Positions 11,719 through 22,400 of a stretch of 64,000 bases of DNA are shown here, in pieces. The notes below the pieces were generated by a model. It saw nothing but the letters and a program-made list of their open reading frames with translations, ran no database searches and was not told where the DNA came from. Location of the stretch: assembly GCF_000143415.4 (NCBI RefSeq), contig NW_003314387.1:1-64000 (forward strand), in the 5' to 3' direction. Position 1 is the first letter of the stretch, and each line of letters begins with the position of its first letter. Source of the stretch: Selaginella moellendorffii. Lineage: Eukaryota > Plantae > Lycopodiophyta. The position numbers were made by a program, and so were the translations under genes.

Positions 11719-12987
11719 ATGCCCCTCCCCAATTCTGCCGTGGACGCGCTTGGCTTCGCGACGCTGCTCCTGGTGCTGGTGCTCCTCATCCTCGGCGTCC
11801 TCTGCGCGGCCTACGTTCTCCACTTCCGCTCCAAGATCCACCACGACAATCTCTTGGCCCTCAGGCATTTTAATTCCCTCTGGATCGTTCGCCTCATCCT
11901 CATTCTCTTCGCGGTTCTCTGGGGATTGGGCGAGCTCCTCCGGCTGCCACTGCTGCGAAAGAAGGGCTGGTTCCTCCACAGGCTTGGATTCCGGTGGCAA
12001 GTCACCAGCTGCAAGATCTACATTCTCTCGTCGCTGGGGATTCTCGAGCCGTGCTTCTTCCTCACCGCGCTCTTCCTCGTCCAGGGATCCATCCGCAACG
12101 CTCCCTTCACGCCGAGAAAGAGATGGAACGGGAGAGTGATCGTCTCGGTGCTGGGATTTTGCGCTCCGGTGTTCCTCGCGCAAGTGTTCTTGGTGGTGGT
12201 GAGCCCGATTGTTTGGGGGCGGCGGGAGGAGGAGGGCAGTGCGAGCTACAGGGCTGGCGGAGGATTCGTCGATCGATTCAAGCTCCCGCACTACTTCACG
12301 CGGGTGTTCCAGGCGATGGAGGTGGAGGAGAGGGAAAAGGTGGTGGTGGCGGCGGCGGTGTGCACGTATCCTCTCCTGAGCACCGTTGTTCTTGGGATGT
12401 TTGGCTGCGTCTACGTGATCTACTTCCTCTACCTGGGCTGGAAGATGGCGGCGCTGGTGATCAACCGGAGGCTCCAGCTGCGGGTGTACGCGCTGGTGAT
12501 CGCAGTGGCGCTGCTGTTGCCGATCCACGTCGTGTTCTTGGGGCTCTCGGTGCTCTCCCGGCCCAGCGAGCCGCTGTTCGAGGCGGTGGGATTCCTGGGC
12601 TTCTTGACGGTGCTGCTGTGCACGACGGTGGGCGAAGGAATTCTCGTGGTTCGTCCCATTGCCGACGCGCTGGCGATTCGGTGGCGATATGAGGAGGCCG
12701 CCTCCGCCAAAGCTTCGTCGCTGTGGGAGCCGCCGCCAGTGAGATCATCATCCTCGGAAGAACTTCCGCCTCAACGCCAGTTTGTAGTTCCTCTCACGGC
12801 GGCGGTCTTGGGTGACGAGTCTGCTACTGCTGGGGATTCTCGAGTCGAGAATATAGAGATTTCGAGACTGCACAAAGCTTTCCAGGCAGCGATGGTGAAA
12901 TCGTCATCGTCGTCTTCATCGTCACCACCGAGTCCCACTCTTCCCGGAAGAACACTCGTCTCATACACGAATAGAATACTGGTATAG
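11719..12987 (+). CDS. Intronless plant multi-pass (~7 TM) membrane protein of unknown function
   Basis: 422-aa GC-rich ORF with about seven hydrophobic segments and a Ser/Pro-rich tail. Confidence 0.8.
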   Translation: MPLPNSAVDALGFATLLLVLVLLILGVLCAAYVLHFRSKIHHDNLLALRHFNSLWIVRLILILFAVLWGLGELLRLPLLRKKGWFLHRLGFRWQVTSCKIYILSSLGILEPCFFLTALFLVQGSIRNAPFTPRKRWNGRVIVSVLGFCAPVFLAQVFLVVVSPIVWGRREEEGSASYRAGGGFVDRFKLPHYFTRVFQAMEVEEREKVVVAAAVCTYPLLSTVVLGMFGCVYVIYFLYLGWKMAALVINRRLQLRVYALVIAVALLLPIHVVFLGLSVLSRPSEPLFEAVGFLGFLTVLLCTTVGEGILVVRPIADALAIRWRYEEAASAKASSLWEPPPVRSSSSEELPPQRQFVVPLTAAVLGDESATAGDSRVENIEISRLHKAFQAAMVKSSSSSSSSPPSPTLPGRTLVSYTNRILV

Positions 12988-13256
12988 TTTCTTTACCTCA
13001 TCTTTGATAAAAGAAATACGTATTTTTCCTCTTTACTGCGATGACGATCACCTCTAAGCTGTGGTTTTTGGTCCCAATCTTCCCGGAAGAACACCCGTCT
13101 AGAATATTGGTATAGTAAAAGAAAAGGTATTTTTCCTCTTACTGCGATGACGAATCTCTCAAAGTAAGATGTGATTTTTGGTCCCAATCTTCTCGGAAGA
13201 ACACTGGTCTCATACAAGAATAGAATACTGATAATAGTTTTTTACCTCATCTTTCG
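12932..13256. repeat. Three degenerate tandem copies of the gene's stop-codon region
   Basis: tccca(c/a)tctt(c/ct)cggaagaacac...tagaata(c/t)tg at ~12933, ~13072 and ~13182. Confidence 0.75.
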
Positions 13257-13724
13257 CCGATCTCGGTGCTATACCAAAGATGTGATTTTTACCAATCGCA
13301 CACGCAAAGCCATGGAATTTGTACACGAGCCTCCAATGGAGAAGCCGTCCATCCATGGACAAACATTATCCAGCCGCGATGGAGAAAAAAAAAACTATTA
13401 TGGGCGAAATGATTATGTCGCACTGTTGACCATTTTGGGATTATTTGGATCTAGGGTTGTGATGGATTAGGGCTTATGCGCGTGAGCGAGCGAGTGCTGG
13501 ATGAGGAAGAGGAGGCGCTGGAGCAGCGGCGGCAGCGCAGCATCAGACAGGATGGAGCTGCCAGAGTGTGAGCTGAGGAGGAATGTGTGAAAATGGTAGA
13601 CGGCGATGAATCGAGCGAGGAGAGCGAGGGAGGGGCAGCGGCGGCCGCGGCGTAGCGATTGCTCGCCGCAATCTCAGAGGAGCGGCCACATTCTCGGCGC
13701 TGGAGCATCGATTCCGGCAATAAT

Positions 13725-16700
13725 ATGAAGAACTTCCTGCGTAAGTTCCACTTAGTAGGGAGTAGTAGCGTAGAGAGTGGGAGATCTTCGCAGCAGCAGG
13801 AATCAGCGCCATCACCGTCGGGTTCCACCTTGTCGAGCATTTCCGACTGGATTTCGTCTCTCACCTCCAGACCATCCACCGCCTCGAGTGATACTTCGTC
13901 TCACCACCACGGTGGAGGAGGAAGTGGTGCTAGAGCGCGGGTGGAAGGCACCGCAGCTCCTGCCAGAGTGAGCACCACCAATGATTCCTCGTCAGTAACG
14001 CCATCGTCACAAGCTGGGAAAACGTTTCCGTCGTATGGATCTCTCGAGGAAGAGTATCAGGTCCAGCTCGCCATAGCTCTCAGCGTCAACCAGCCAGTTG
14101 ATCCAGAGGTCGCGGAGATCGAAGCTGTGAAAAGAATCAGCCTTGGTTTGTGTCCCGAGCGTTCTACGACTTCACAGGCGGACATGGCTACATACCGGTA
14201 TTGGGTAAAAAACATTTTTTTCCTTCTTTTGTTGCTTTTGTTTAGGAGAATAACGTTTTGTTTTTCTGATCGCAGGCATACAATGCTCTGTCCTACGATG
14301 ACAGTGTGGTGGACGGGTTCTATGACGTATACGGTGTGGCGTGTGATCCAGTTTATCCCACGAAGATGCCATCTCTTGTGGATTTGCAAATGAAGCCTCT
14401 GTCCGATGCTGCAAGCTGGGAAGTTGTTCTCGTCAACAGATTAACAGACAGCGAGCTCGCGAACCTGGAAAAGAGTGCTGCTCGCACTCGAGCTCAGTGC
14501 ACGGGGGGTCCGAGTGCTTTGGCGCAAAAGATTGCTGTTTTGGTGGCTGAGCAAATGGGAGGGGCTGTCGAGAACGACGTCGACATGATCTCTGTTTGGA
14601 GGACTACAAGCTGGGAGTTGAGGACTTCTCTCAAGAGCAACATATTACCTCTAGGCTATCTTCAGATTGGCTTGGCTAGACATCGAGCTCTACTATTCAA
14701 GGTAATTCAGAAAGCGGACTTTCTTTTCGTTTTCGCTCACCTTTTCCTTCATTTTAAGTTTCCAGGTTTTGGCTGACTCTGTTGGTATTCCCTGTCGACT
14801 CGTGAAAGGAAAGCACTATACTGGAGTGGACGAGGGAGCTGTGAATATTATTAAGGACGCTGATAGCAGGTGCGGTTTTATCTTTCGTGCTTCTTCTTGC
14901 ACTAATCTTGATGGTTGCAGGGAGTATATTATCGATCTCATGGGTGCTCCTGGGGCGCTTATACCTTCAGACGGTCCTGCGAGCGAGAAGAACGTTCCGC
15001 TGAACCACGACACACACCTTGGGGAAAGGCACCACAGTGAACCCGCTGATTTCGAGAATGCTCTTGCGGGCGCTGGCGCTGGCGCTGAGCGTCGTCCTGG
15101 GCCTTCTCACGGAAGATCACCCTCCTGGACAGAAGGCATTGGAGCACCCGGGGCTCGTCAAACGAAAGCCAAAGACATGTCACAGTACATGATTGAGGCG
15201 GCCAAGGAGAATCCCGGACTTGCACAAAAGCTACAAGACGTTTTACTGGAGAGCGGGATAGTTGCACCTCCAGAGTTCCTAGCGGAGTTATCCCCTACGG
15301 AACCACAGCAGAGGTCTACTGATGCGCGGCCGGATCTGAGGAGGCCCAGTCGAGTCGTGAGAGTTAAAGAGCGAGGAAAACCTCCTCTTTTAACTAAATC
15401 GCCTGCTGCAAGACCAGATGATGCGGCTGCAAAGGATAGATTACAACGCTTGAAGTCTGTGGAGGGTCTAGGAGACAGGCGACCGCTCGAGTGCCCGATG
15501 CCTTATTATCAGGCCCAAGCAGCAGCACCGACGGTGTTGACACCGGTTCACGAGAATAGCTTTCCGGCAAACTTGATAAAGAACTCACCAGTTGCTGCTT
15601 CAGCTATAACAGCAGCTGTTGTAGCCTCGTCGATGGTGGTGGCCGCAGCCAAGACAGACATCGGTGATGGTTCGTTGGAAGTTCCGATCACTGCTGCAGC
15701 TACAGCAACCGCTGCTGTAGTCGCTGCTACGTCGGCTGCAGTAGTGCTCAAGTCAGAAAGTGGATCAGGGAATTCTGATAAAGGTGGAAGTGGGGACAGC
15801 AAAACCAGGACAGAGGAATCAGGAAGTCACAGTGGTTCAAAGAAGAAAAACAATTCCAGAGAATCTGAAGGTGATGCGGGCGACTTGGAAAATGGTCGAA
15901 CAGGAATCAGCAAATCCGACTCGATCCTTGATGTTGCGGAGTGGGAGATTCCGTGGGAAGAGTTGCGTGTTGGCGATCGTATAGGTCTTGGTAAGGAGTT
16001 TAAACTTCTTTTACGCGAACTCATGTTGGTGTGCAGGGTCCTATGGAGAAGTGTACCGTGGAGAGTGGCATGGAACTGTAAGTAACTGTGACAATTGTAT
16101 CCTGAATTCACGACTCATATTAAATTCATGCAGGAAGTTGCCATCAAGAAGTTTTTGAACCAGGATATCTCCGGCGATGCCTTGGAAGAATTTATTACTG
16201 AGGTGGAATCTAACCATCATGGCAAATTTTTTTTTTACAAGGCTTTTTTTTTCTTGCGAAAGGTTCGATTGATGAGAAGAATGCGGCATCCAAATGTGGT
16301 TCTCTTCATGGGTGCCGTAACCAGGCCGCCAAATCTGTCGATTGTAACAGAGTTTCTTCCAAGGTACTTTGATGCGGTTTTGGATCATTGTCGATATTTG
16401 GAGCGTGCAGAGGGAGCTTGTTTAAGCTGATTCACCGGCCTTCAAACCAGGTTGACGAGAGAAGAAGGCTGAGAATGGCTCTCGACGTGGTAAGAAAATT
16501 TCTTGTTTTCTTGATATGGCATTTAGTAACGATCGTGATACCATTGAAAGGCCAAGGGTATGAACTATTTGCACTCTAGTACCCCGATGATAGTTCACAG
16601 GGACTTGAAATCTCCGAACTTGTTAGTCGATAAAAACTGGGTTGTGAAGGTACAGTAAAAGTTATCGGTTTTGTTTAGTAACACGAAATTTTGCAGGTTT

Positions 16701-17309
16701 GCGACTTTGGATTGTCTCGAATGAAACATCACACTTTCTTGTCTTCGAAGTCACAGGCAGGCACGGTGGGTACACAAGACTCCCTTACTTTTCTCTTGGG
16801 TAGTTTTTTGGATTTGAGAGGACTTGTTTTTAACAGCCTGAATGGATGGCACCAGAAGTATTAAGAAATGAACCGTCTAACGAAAAGTAAGAATCGGCTT
16901 TGCTTTGGTAAATTGACACGAGCTCCTTTCGTTTGCAGATCGGATGTCTACAGCTTTGGAGTTATCCTTTGGGAACTGGCTACTCTGCAACAGCCGTGGC
17001 ATGGAATGAACTCAATGCAAGTCGTCGGGGCTGTCGGTTTTCAAAACAGGAGGCTCGACATCCCAGCGGACATGGATCCCGCCATCGCAAAAATCATCCA
17101 GGAGTGCTGGCAAAAGTATGTGTTTCCTTCTTAGATTTTGTAGCGCCTGACAAAACAAATCCTCCGTTTCTTTTGGTGGCAGCGATCCTGCTCTTCGTCC
17201 AACTTTTCATGAAATAATGGATTCCCTGCGGCCTTTCCAAAGACCTGTTATCCCCTCGCAAGGGGAGGCAGGAGGAGGTAAGCAAAAGCAACCACGCAAG
17301 GCTTCGTAG
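13725..17309 (+). CDS. B3 Raf-like MAPKKK (EDR1/SIS8 type), multi-exon
   Basis: [10 protein letters not shown] start; [13 protein letters not shown]; EDR1 domain DGFYD...[11 protein letters not shown]|[15 protein letters not shown]; [10 protein letters not shown]; kinase motifs [11 protein letters not shown] and APE; stop at 17307-17309. Confidence 0.92.
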
Positions 17310-17417
17310 GAACAAAAAATGGCTGGGGCTCCGTTTACTAATGTATCTGTAAAGTACAGTAATTTATAGGTGGTCGGAGACGGATTCTAGGAAGGAAGAA
17401 AAACAGGATCAAGGATG

Positions 17418-19307
17418 TCAAAATTGACAGAAGTTCAGGGTGGAAAGACAGGAACTATCGTCTTCGGTTTTGGTTACATGGTCGGACAAACGAGACGAGG
17501 AATAAGACGAGGAAGACGAAGATGAAGAAGCAGCGTTTCTAGCAGGGCCGAGATGGAGACCGGAAAGTAGAGTATAAGGCGCAGCATTTGTGGGATCGAG
17601 CTCGTAGACGTACTCCGCAGCCTTCCCGGCCCTGTGAGAATCACCAGCAGCAGTGGAAGCACTGAGAAGCGACGTCCAGGCCACAGCATCCGGCTCATAA
17701 GGCATGGTGGCGATGAGATCTTCGGCCTCTCTGAGCCTTCCAGATCTCGCCAGAGCATCAACGACGCACATATAGTGATCCAAGCTCGCAGCTATGGCGT
17801 AGTCCGCCGAGAGGGACGCAAAGTGGGAGTAGACGTCGCTGAGAAGGCCGGCGTGAGCACAGGCCAGGAGAACGCTCACAAAGGTGACGGAGTTTGGAGT
17901 GAAGCCGTGGAGCTGCATGGCGTGAAAGATCTCGAGAGCTTCGTGGCTATGGCCGTTTAGAGCAAAGGCCGCGAGCATGGAGCTCCAGGCTTTGACGTCG
18001 CGGTGCTTGAGATCGTCAAATACGAGCTTGGCCTCGCGGAGGTGGCCAAAGTTTCCATACATCGCTACCAGTGCCGTCTGGATCGCGAAGTGGGCGATCC
18101 ATCCTCTCCCCTCGTCGGTGAGAATGGAGTGGACGATCCTTCCCTCGGCGACGCCGGAGCACGAATCGATGATGGCGGTGAAGGTGACGCTGTCGGGAGC
18201 GATGCCTTCGAGATCCATGGCGCGGAAGAGATCGAGAGCCTCGCGGCGGCGATGCCCGGACTGGGCATACGCGGTGATGATCGAGTTCCACGCGACGACA
18301 TTGTTGTTCTTTCGCGGGATCTGGTCGAAGAGCTGGCGCGCCGCGTGGAGATCGCCGGCGCGGGCGTAGGCTGTGACCATCGTGGTCCACGAGACGCTGG
18401 ATCGCCGCCTGGGAGGAGTGTTCTCGAAGAACTCGCGCGCCTGGGAGGGAGAGTGATTAATCGCATAGGCCGCGAGCATCGCTGCCCATAGCACGGCGTC
18501 GCCGCCAGCGCCATCGATCCCAGTGGCGCGATCGAAAGCCCGCCTCGCGTCCTCGATCTTGCCCAGTCTGCCATACATCTCCACCAGCGCGGTGGAGATC
18601 GTGATCTCTCCCTGGAATCCGGCCGCGAGGAGCTCGGCGTGGATCCACATCCCCAGCTCCATCGCTAGCGACTGGCCGCAAGCGTCGAGGATCGCGACGA
18701 AGGTCACGCGATCTGGGCGAGCGCCCTCGAGATCCATCGCGCGGAAGAGCCCCAGCGCTCGCGCAAAATCCCCTTCTCTGGCAAATGCGCAGATCATCGC
18801 GTTCCAAGAGACTGTGTTCCTCTCGGGCATTTGATCGAAGAGAAGCTTTGCTCGATCGATGCGATTGCTCTTGGCGTAGGCGACGAGCATCGCGGTCCAC
18901 GACGCTACGTCCCTCCTGGGCATCCCCGAGAAGAATTTCTCCGCGCGATCGAGATGCCCGCTCTGGGAGAGGATCGAGAGCATGATGTTCCACGAGAATT
19001 GGTTCCTGGGATCCATCCGGTGGAAGAATTCGCTGGCGTCCTCGATCGAGCACTTGCCATACATCTGGAGCACGAGATTGGAGAGGAACTCGTCGCCGCG
19101 CAGCCGGCCGTGCTTGATCATCTGGGCGTGGATCCGGCGGCCATGGGAGAGCGCCCGCGCGGATCCACACCGCCGGAGCAATGATCCATACGTGACGCTG
19201 TCCGAGGAAGACGATGAGGATTCTAGGGATCTCACTGCCCTCTCGAGCTGCTCTAGGACTAGCGCTGGATCGTCGCTCTTGCTCGCGTGGAGGAGGAACG
19301 GCGCCAT
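17418..19307 (-). CDS. PLS-class PPR protein with E domain (organellar RNA-editing factor type)
   Basis: Intronless ORF with repeated RNTVSWNAMI/PDRVTFVAIL motifs and E-domain HYMCVVDALARSGRLREAEDLIATMPYEPDAVAWTSLLSA. No DYW domain. Confidence 0.92.
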   Translation of the reverse strand: MAPFLLHASKSDDPALVLEQLERAVRSLESSSSSSDSVTYGSLLRRCGSARALSHGRRIHAQMIKHGRLRGDEFLSNLVLQMYGKCSIEDASEFFHRMDPRNQFSWNIMLSILSQSGHLDRAEKFFSGMPRRDVASWTAMLVAYAKSNRIDRAKLLFDQMPERNTVSWNAMICAFAREGDFARALGLFRAMDLEGARPDRVTFVAILDACGQSLAMELGMWIHAELLAAGFQGEITISTALVEMYGRLGKIEDARRAFDRATGIDGAGGDAVLWAAMLAAYAINHSPSQAREFFENTPPRRRSSVSWTTMVTAYARAGDLHAARQLFDQIPRKNNNVVAWNSIITAYAQSGHRRREALDLFRAMDLEGIAPDSVTFTAIIDSCSGVAEGRIVHSILTDEGRGWIAHFAIQTALVAMYGNFGHLREAKLVFDDLKHRDVKAWSSMLAAFALNGHSHEALEIFHAMQLHGFTPNSVTFVSVLLACAHAGLLSDVYSHFASLSADYAIAASLDHYMCVVDALARSGRLREAEDLIATMPYEPDAVAWTSLLSASTAAGDSHRAGKAAEYVYELDPTNAAPYTLLSGLHLGPARNAASSSSSSSSYSSSRLSDHVTKTEDDSSCLSTLNFCQF

Positions 19308-19472
19308 GCCGCGCGGCGTACCGCCAAGTAACGGTATCTTACCGCGCGGTATGGCGGGGTAACTGACACTCAAAGCAATCCAATGTGGATGACCCGCGCA
19401 TTTCTCTTTTTTGAAAAAAGTGCCCTATTGTTTGTTCTAGAAATAGGGGATTAGGGTTTCATATCTCCGGCG

Positions 19473-22400
19473 ATGGAGGCCGAGAGAGAGAGGCGCTTGA
19501 GCCGGCGGATCTCCGGCATTGTCGTCGCCGCGGCCAAGGCGGTGTCCAAGCTCACCGAGGGGTAAGATCACAGCTCCAGCGGCGCTGTATTCTCTGTGCT
19601 TGTGGTGTGCTTACAGGCAGAAAGATCCAGAGGAGGACCCGGATTTCGTCGCGAGGAATCCTCAGTGGGAGCCGGAATTGCCGCCGATCCATGGCGTGCG
19701 GCGGCCGACGGATGCGAAGGCGCAATCTACTGCTGCGCTGCTTGCGGCACTTGACGAGCTCCCTCCCATTGCGATCGATTCGGCCGCCAAGCAAAACTGG
19801 AAGAAGGCTTACAAGACAGTGAAGAGGATTTTGGTAAGTCACTCCACCCACCTGTGTAGTGTAAAGCTTTTCACTTTCGTTTCTTCACAGATTGTGAGAA
19901 GGAAGGCAATGCGTAGTGCTCTTGGAACTGGAGCTCAGATGGAAGGACATGCGCTGGGGGTGTGGAGTCCTTATAGCACGGCGCGTTTGAAGCTCTTTAT
20001 GATGCTCTACAACCAGTAAGCATTCTAGCGCTGAAGTTTTTGCTTCAAAGTTCTCACTACTGTTCCAGGAAAGCGGAGTATGTCGTTCTTTGCTTGATCA
20101 TATCACACCTCTTGGTGCTCATCTTCCAAGGATCATCCCAAGAACAATGGACTCACGTCCGGAAGTTCGACCTCGACTTTGCCGATGCGACGCTTACTCT
20201 GTTCTACACGTAAGTATAAAGATCTAAGAGGTATTTTAGCATTGACATTCTTTTTTGTCTCAGCATTGAGATGATTCTTCGGATCCTCTGTCTTGGATTT
20301 ATCAGAGGTCCCAACACCTACCTGCGGGATCCATACAATAGGCTCGATTTTGTCATCGTGATTGATTCCTGGTAAGTCGGTCTTTCGTGTTTTCTATACT
20401 GAAGGTCTTAAAGTTTAGGGTCCATATTGGTGTAAGAAGTGTGACTGGAAGCGAGTTCTTTGCACGCATTGCAATTCTTCGTGCATTTCGAGCCCTGTTA
20501 GTTTTGAAGCATTTCACGTTCTTCGCTGATGTCATAGTATGTTCTCTGAGGTTATGTTCCCATAACAACGTATGACGAAAGTGTGAATCACTTGCTAGGC
20601 TATCATGTCTGCAGTTGGAAGGAGCATTGTTCCTCTTGAGAACGTCATTTACTTGACACTGTTCATTATCGTCTTCTATGCGCTCCTTGGTATTGAGTTT
20701 CTCGAGGAAACTTTAGATCAACGGTATGTATATACGAGCCTTTTTCTGTAGACTAAAGCGTTTTGCTACTCATCCAGGTGCATTCGAACGACAGATAACC
20801 AGTTGGCCTATCCAGAGCGGTTTTGTGACGCGAAGAAAGTGACGGATGGGTACAAGTGCCCGAGCTCACAAAGTCAGAAATGTCTGGTAAGGAGTTGATC
20901 TTTATCATCGAAACAGTAGGTAGTTTTCCTTAAATGTTTACTCTTGCAGTGCAGGTGTCCGGTAATCCCAACTGGGGATCTACAAACTTTGATCAGTTCC
21001 ACTATGCCCTGCTCACTATGTTTCAGGTTCTCATTTGACAATTTTGTGTCTTTTAAAATTGTTCTGACGGTCGCTGCTTGTTTCAAGGTCATATCCTTGG
21101 AAGGTTGGAGTCTCTTGATGTACAGCATCAAGGATGCCGAAGCTGCGCAAGCAGGTGCTGCTTCTAATGTTTCTTCTTCTTGTTGACTCCTCAAGTCTCT
21201 TGGATGCAGATGCATATTTTATGACTTTAGTCGTTTTTGGCACATACTTGCTTATTAATGTTTTCATTGCTGGTATAAGTGGAGTGTTCCTTCGAGTGAG
21301 GGCTGAACATCAGGCAAGAACTTTATCTCTCTGAATTCTATATGTTTTGTGTTTTCTTTTTCCAGATGCTGCTAAAGAAAAGCCGCCAACCGAACCAAGT
21401 TACTTTCTACAACGCAACGGTAATGGCAAATGTTCTCAAAGACGACATTATTAAGGACGATGAGAGGAACAAGAGATGGCACATCCGTTTCATAAACAGA
21501 TCAAAGAAAATGCACCGGGACGTCATTCGTGCTGTAAGTCGTACTCGGTCGTCCGTGAAGGCGGCCTTTCAGGCCACCTCGTTCAGGTTCAGTAGACAGT
21601 TCTCCATGGCTGGGGGTAGCCGGCGGTTTTCACGAACTTACTCACGGGCGCTGAGTCGTAGTGTGACCATGGGTATGAGAGCAGCAATGGACTTGTCGCA
21701 TAAGTCCCGTGCAATTGTTGAAAATCCAAACTTCAACCGGGGGGTGCTATTGGCGGTCACTATAAACATCATCATCTTGTGCCTGTACAAATATGGGATG
21801 TCGAACGATTTACTCTATACTCTTTGTACGTCTGATGGTTTTTGTTTCTGGAATTTCTTTCTGACGTCCTTAACATGGTGACAGATGCTATTCAAGCGGT
21901 GCTGCTTGTTATATTTGCCACAGAGATGGTTTTGCGATTTCTTGCGTATGGACCTGGGCCATTTATTGCAGACAGTGAGTACATACTGTTTATCTTGTCC
22001 TTCACTGAACATGCCTGTCTTTATCAGAAATGAACGTGTTCGATGTTTTCGTGATCTCCGTGTCTGCTGGGGCTTTGGTTTCAAGAGCTTATCCCAATAT
22101 CTCTTCAGTTCGGGTTTTGCGATGGTTTTACTTGTCGAAAAAGTATGTGGATAAACATCCAAGTACAGTGGTAAGGCTCGTGTACACAGTTTTTTTTTTT
22201 TTTTTTCCTGCTCTTACTTTTCTTTTAACTGACTTTAACTTCTCCCAGGCCACATGTATAAAAAGTGTGGGCTCTCTTGTTAGTGTTTTTTTCTTCTACC
22301 TCCTTGTTATTACAATTTGCTCCATTATCAGCATGGAACTGTACAGTGGTCAATACTATAACTTTCCGGACGGTTATCCCAGGGGAAATCATGACTCCAT

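Noticed and set aside
11677-12751. Overlapping and antisense ORFs on the membrane-protein gene (similarly on the PPR and SUN genes)
   Set aside because: These are expected shadow ORFs of GC-rich coding sequence.
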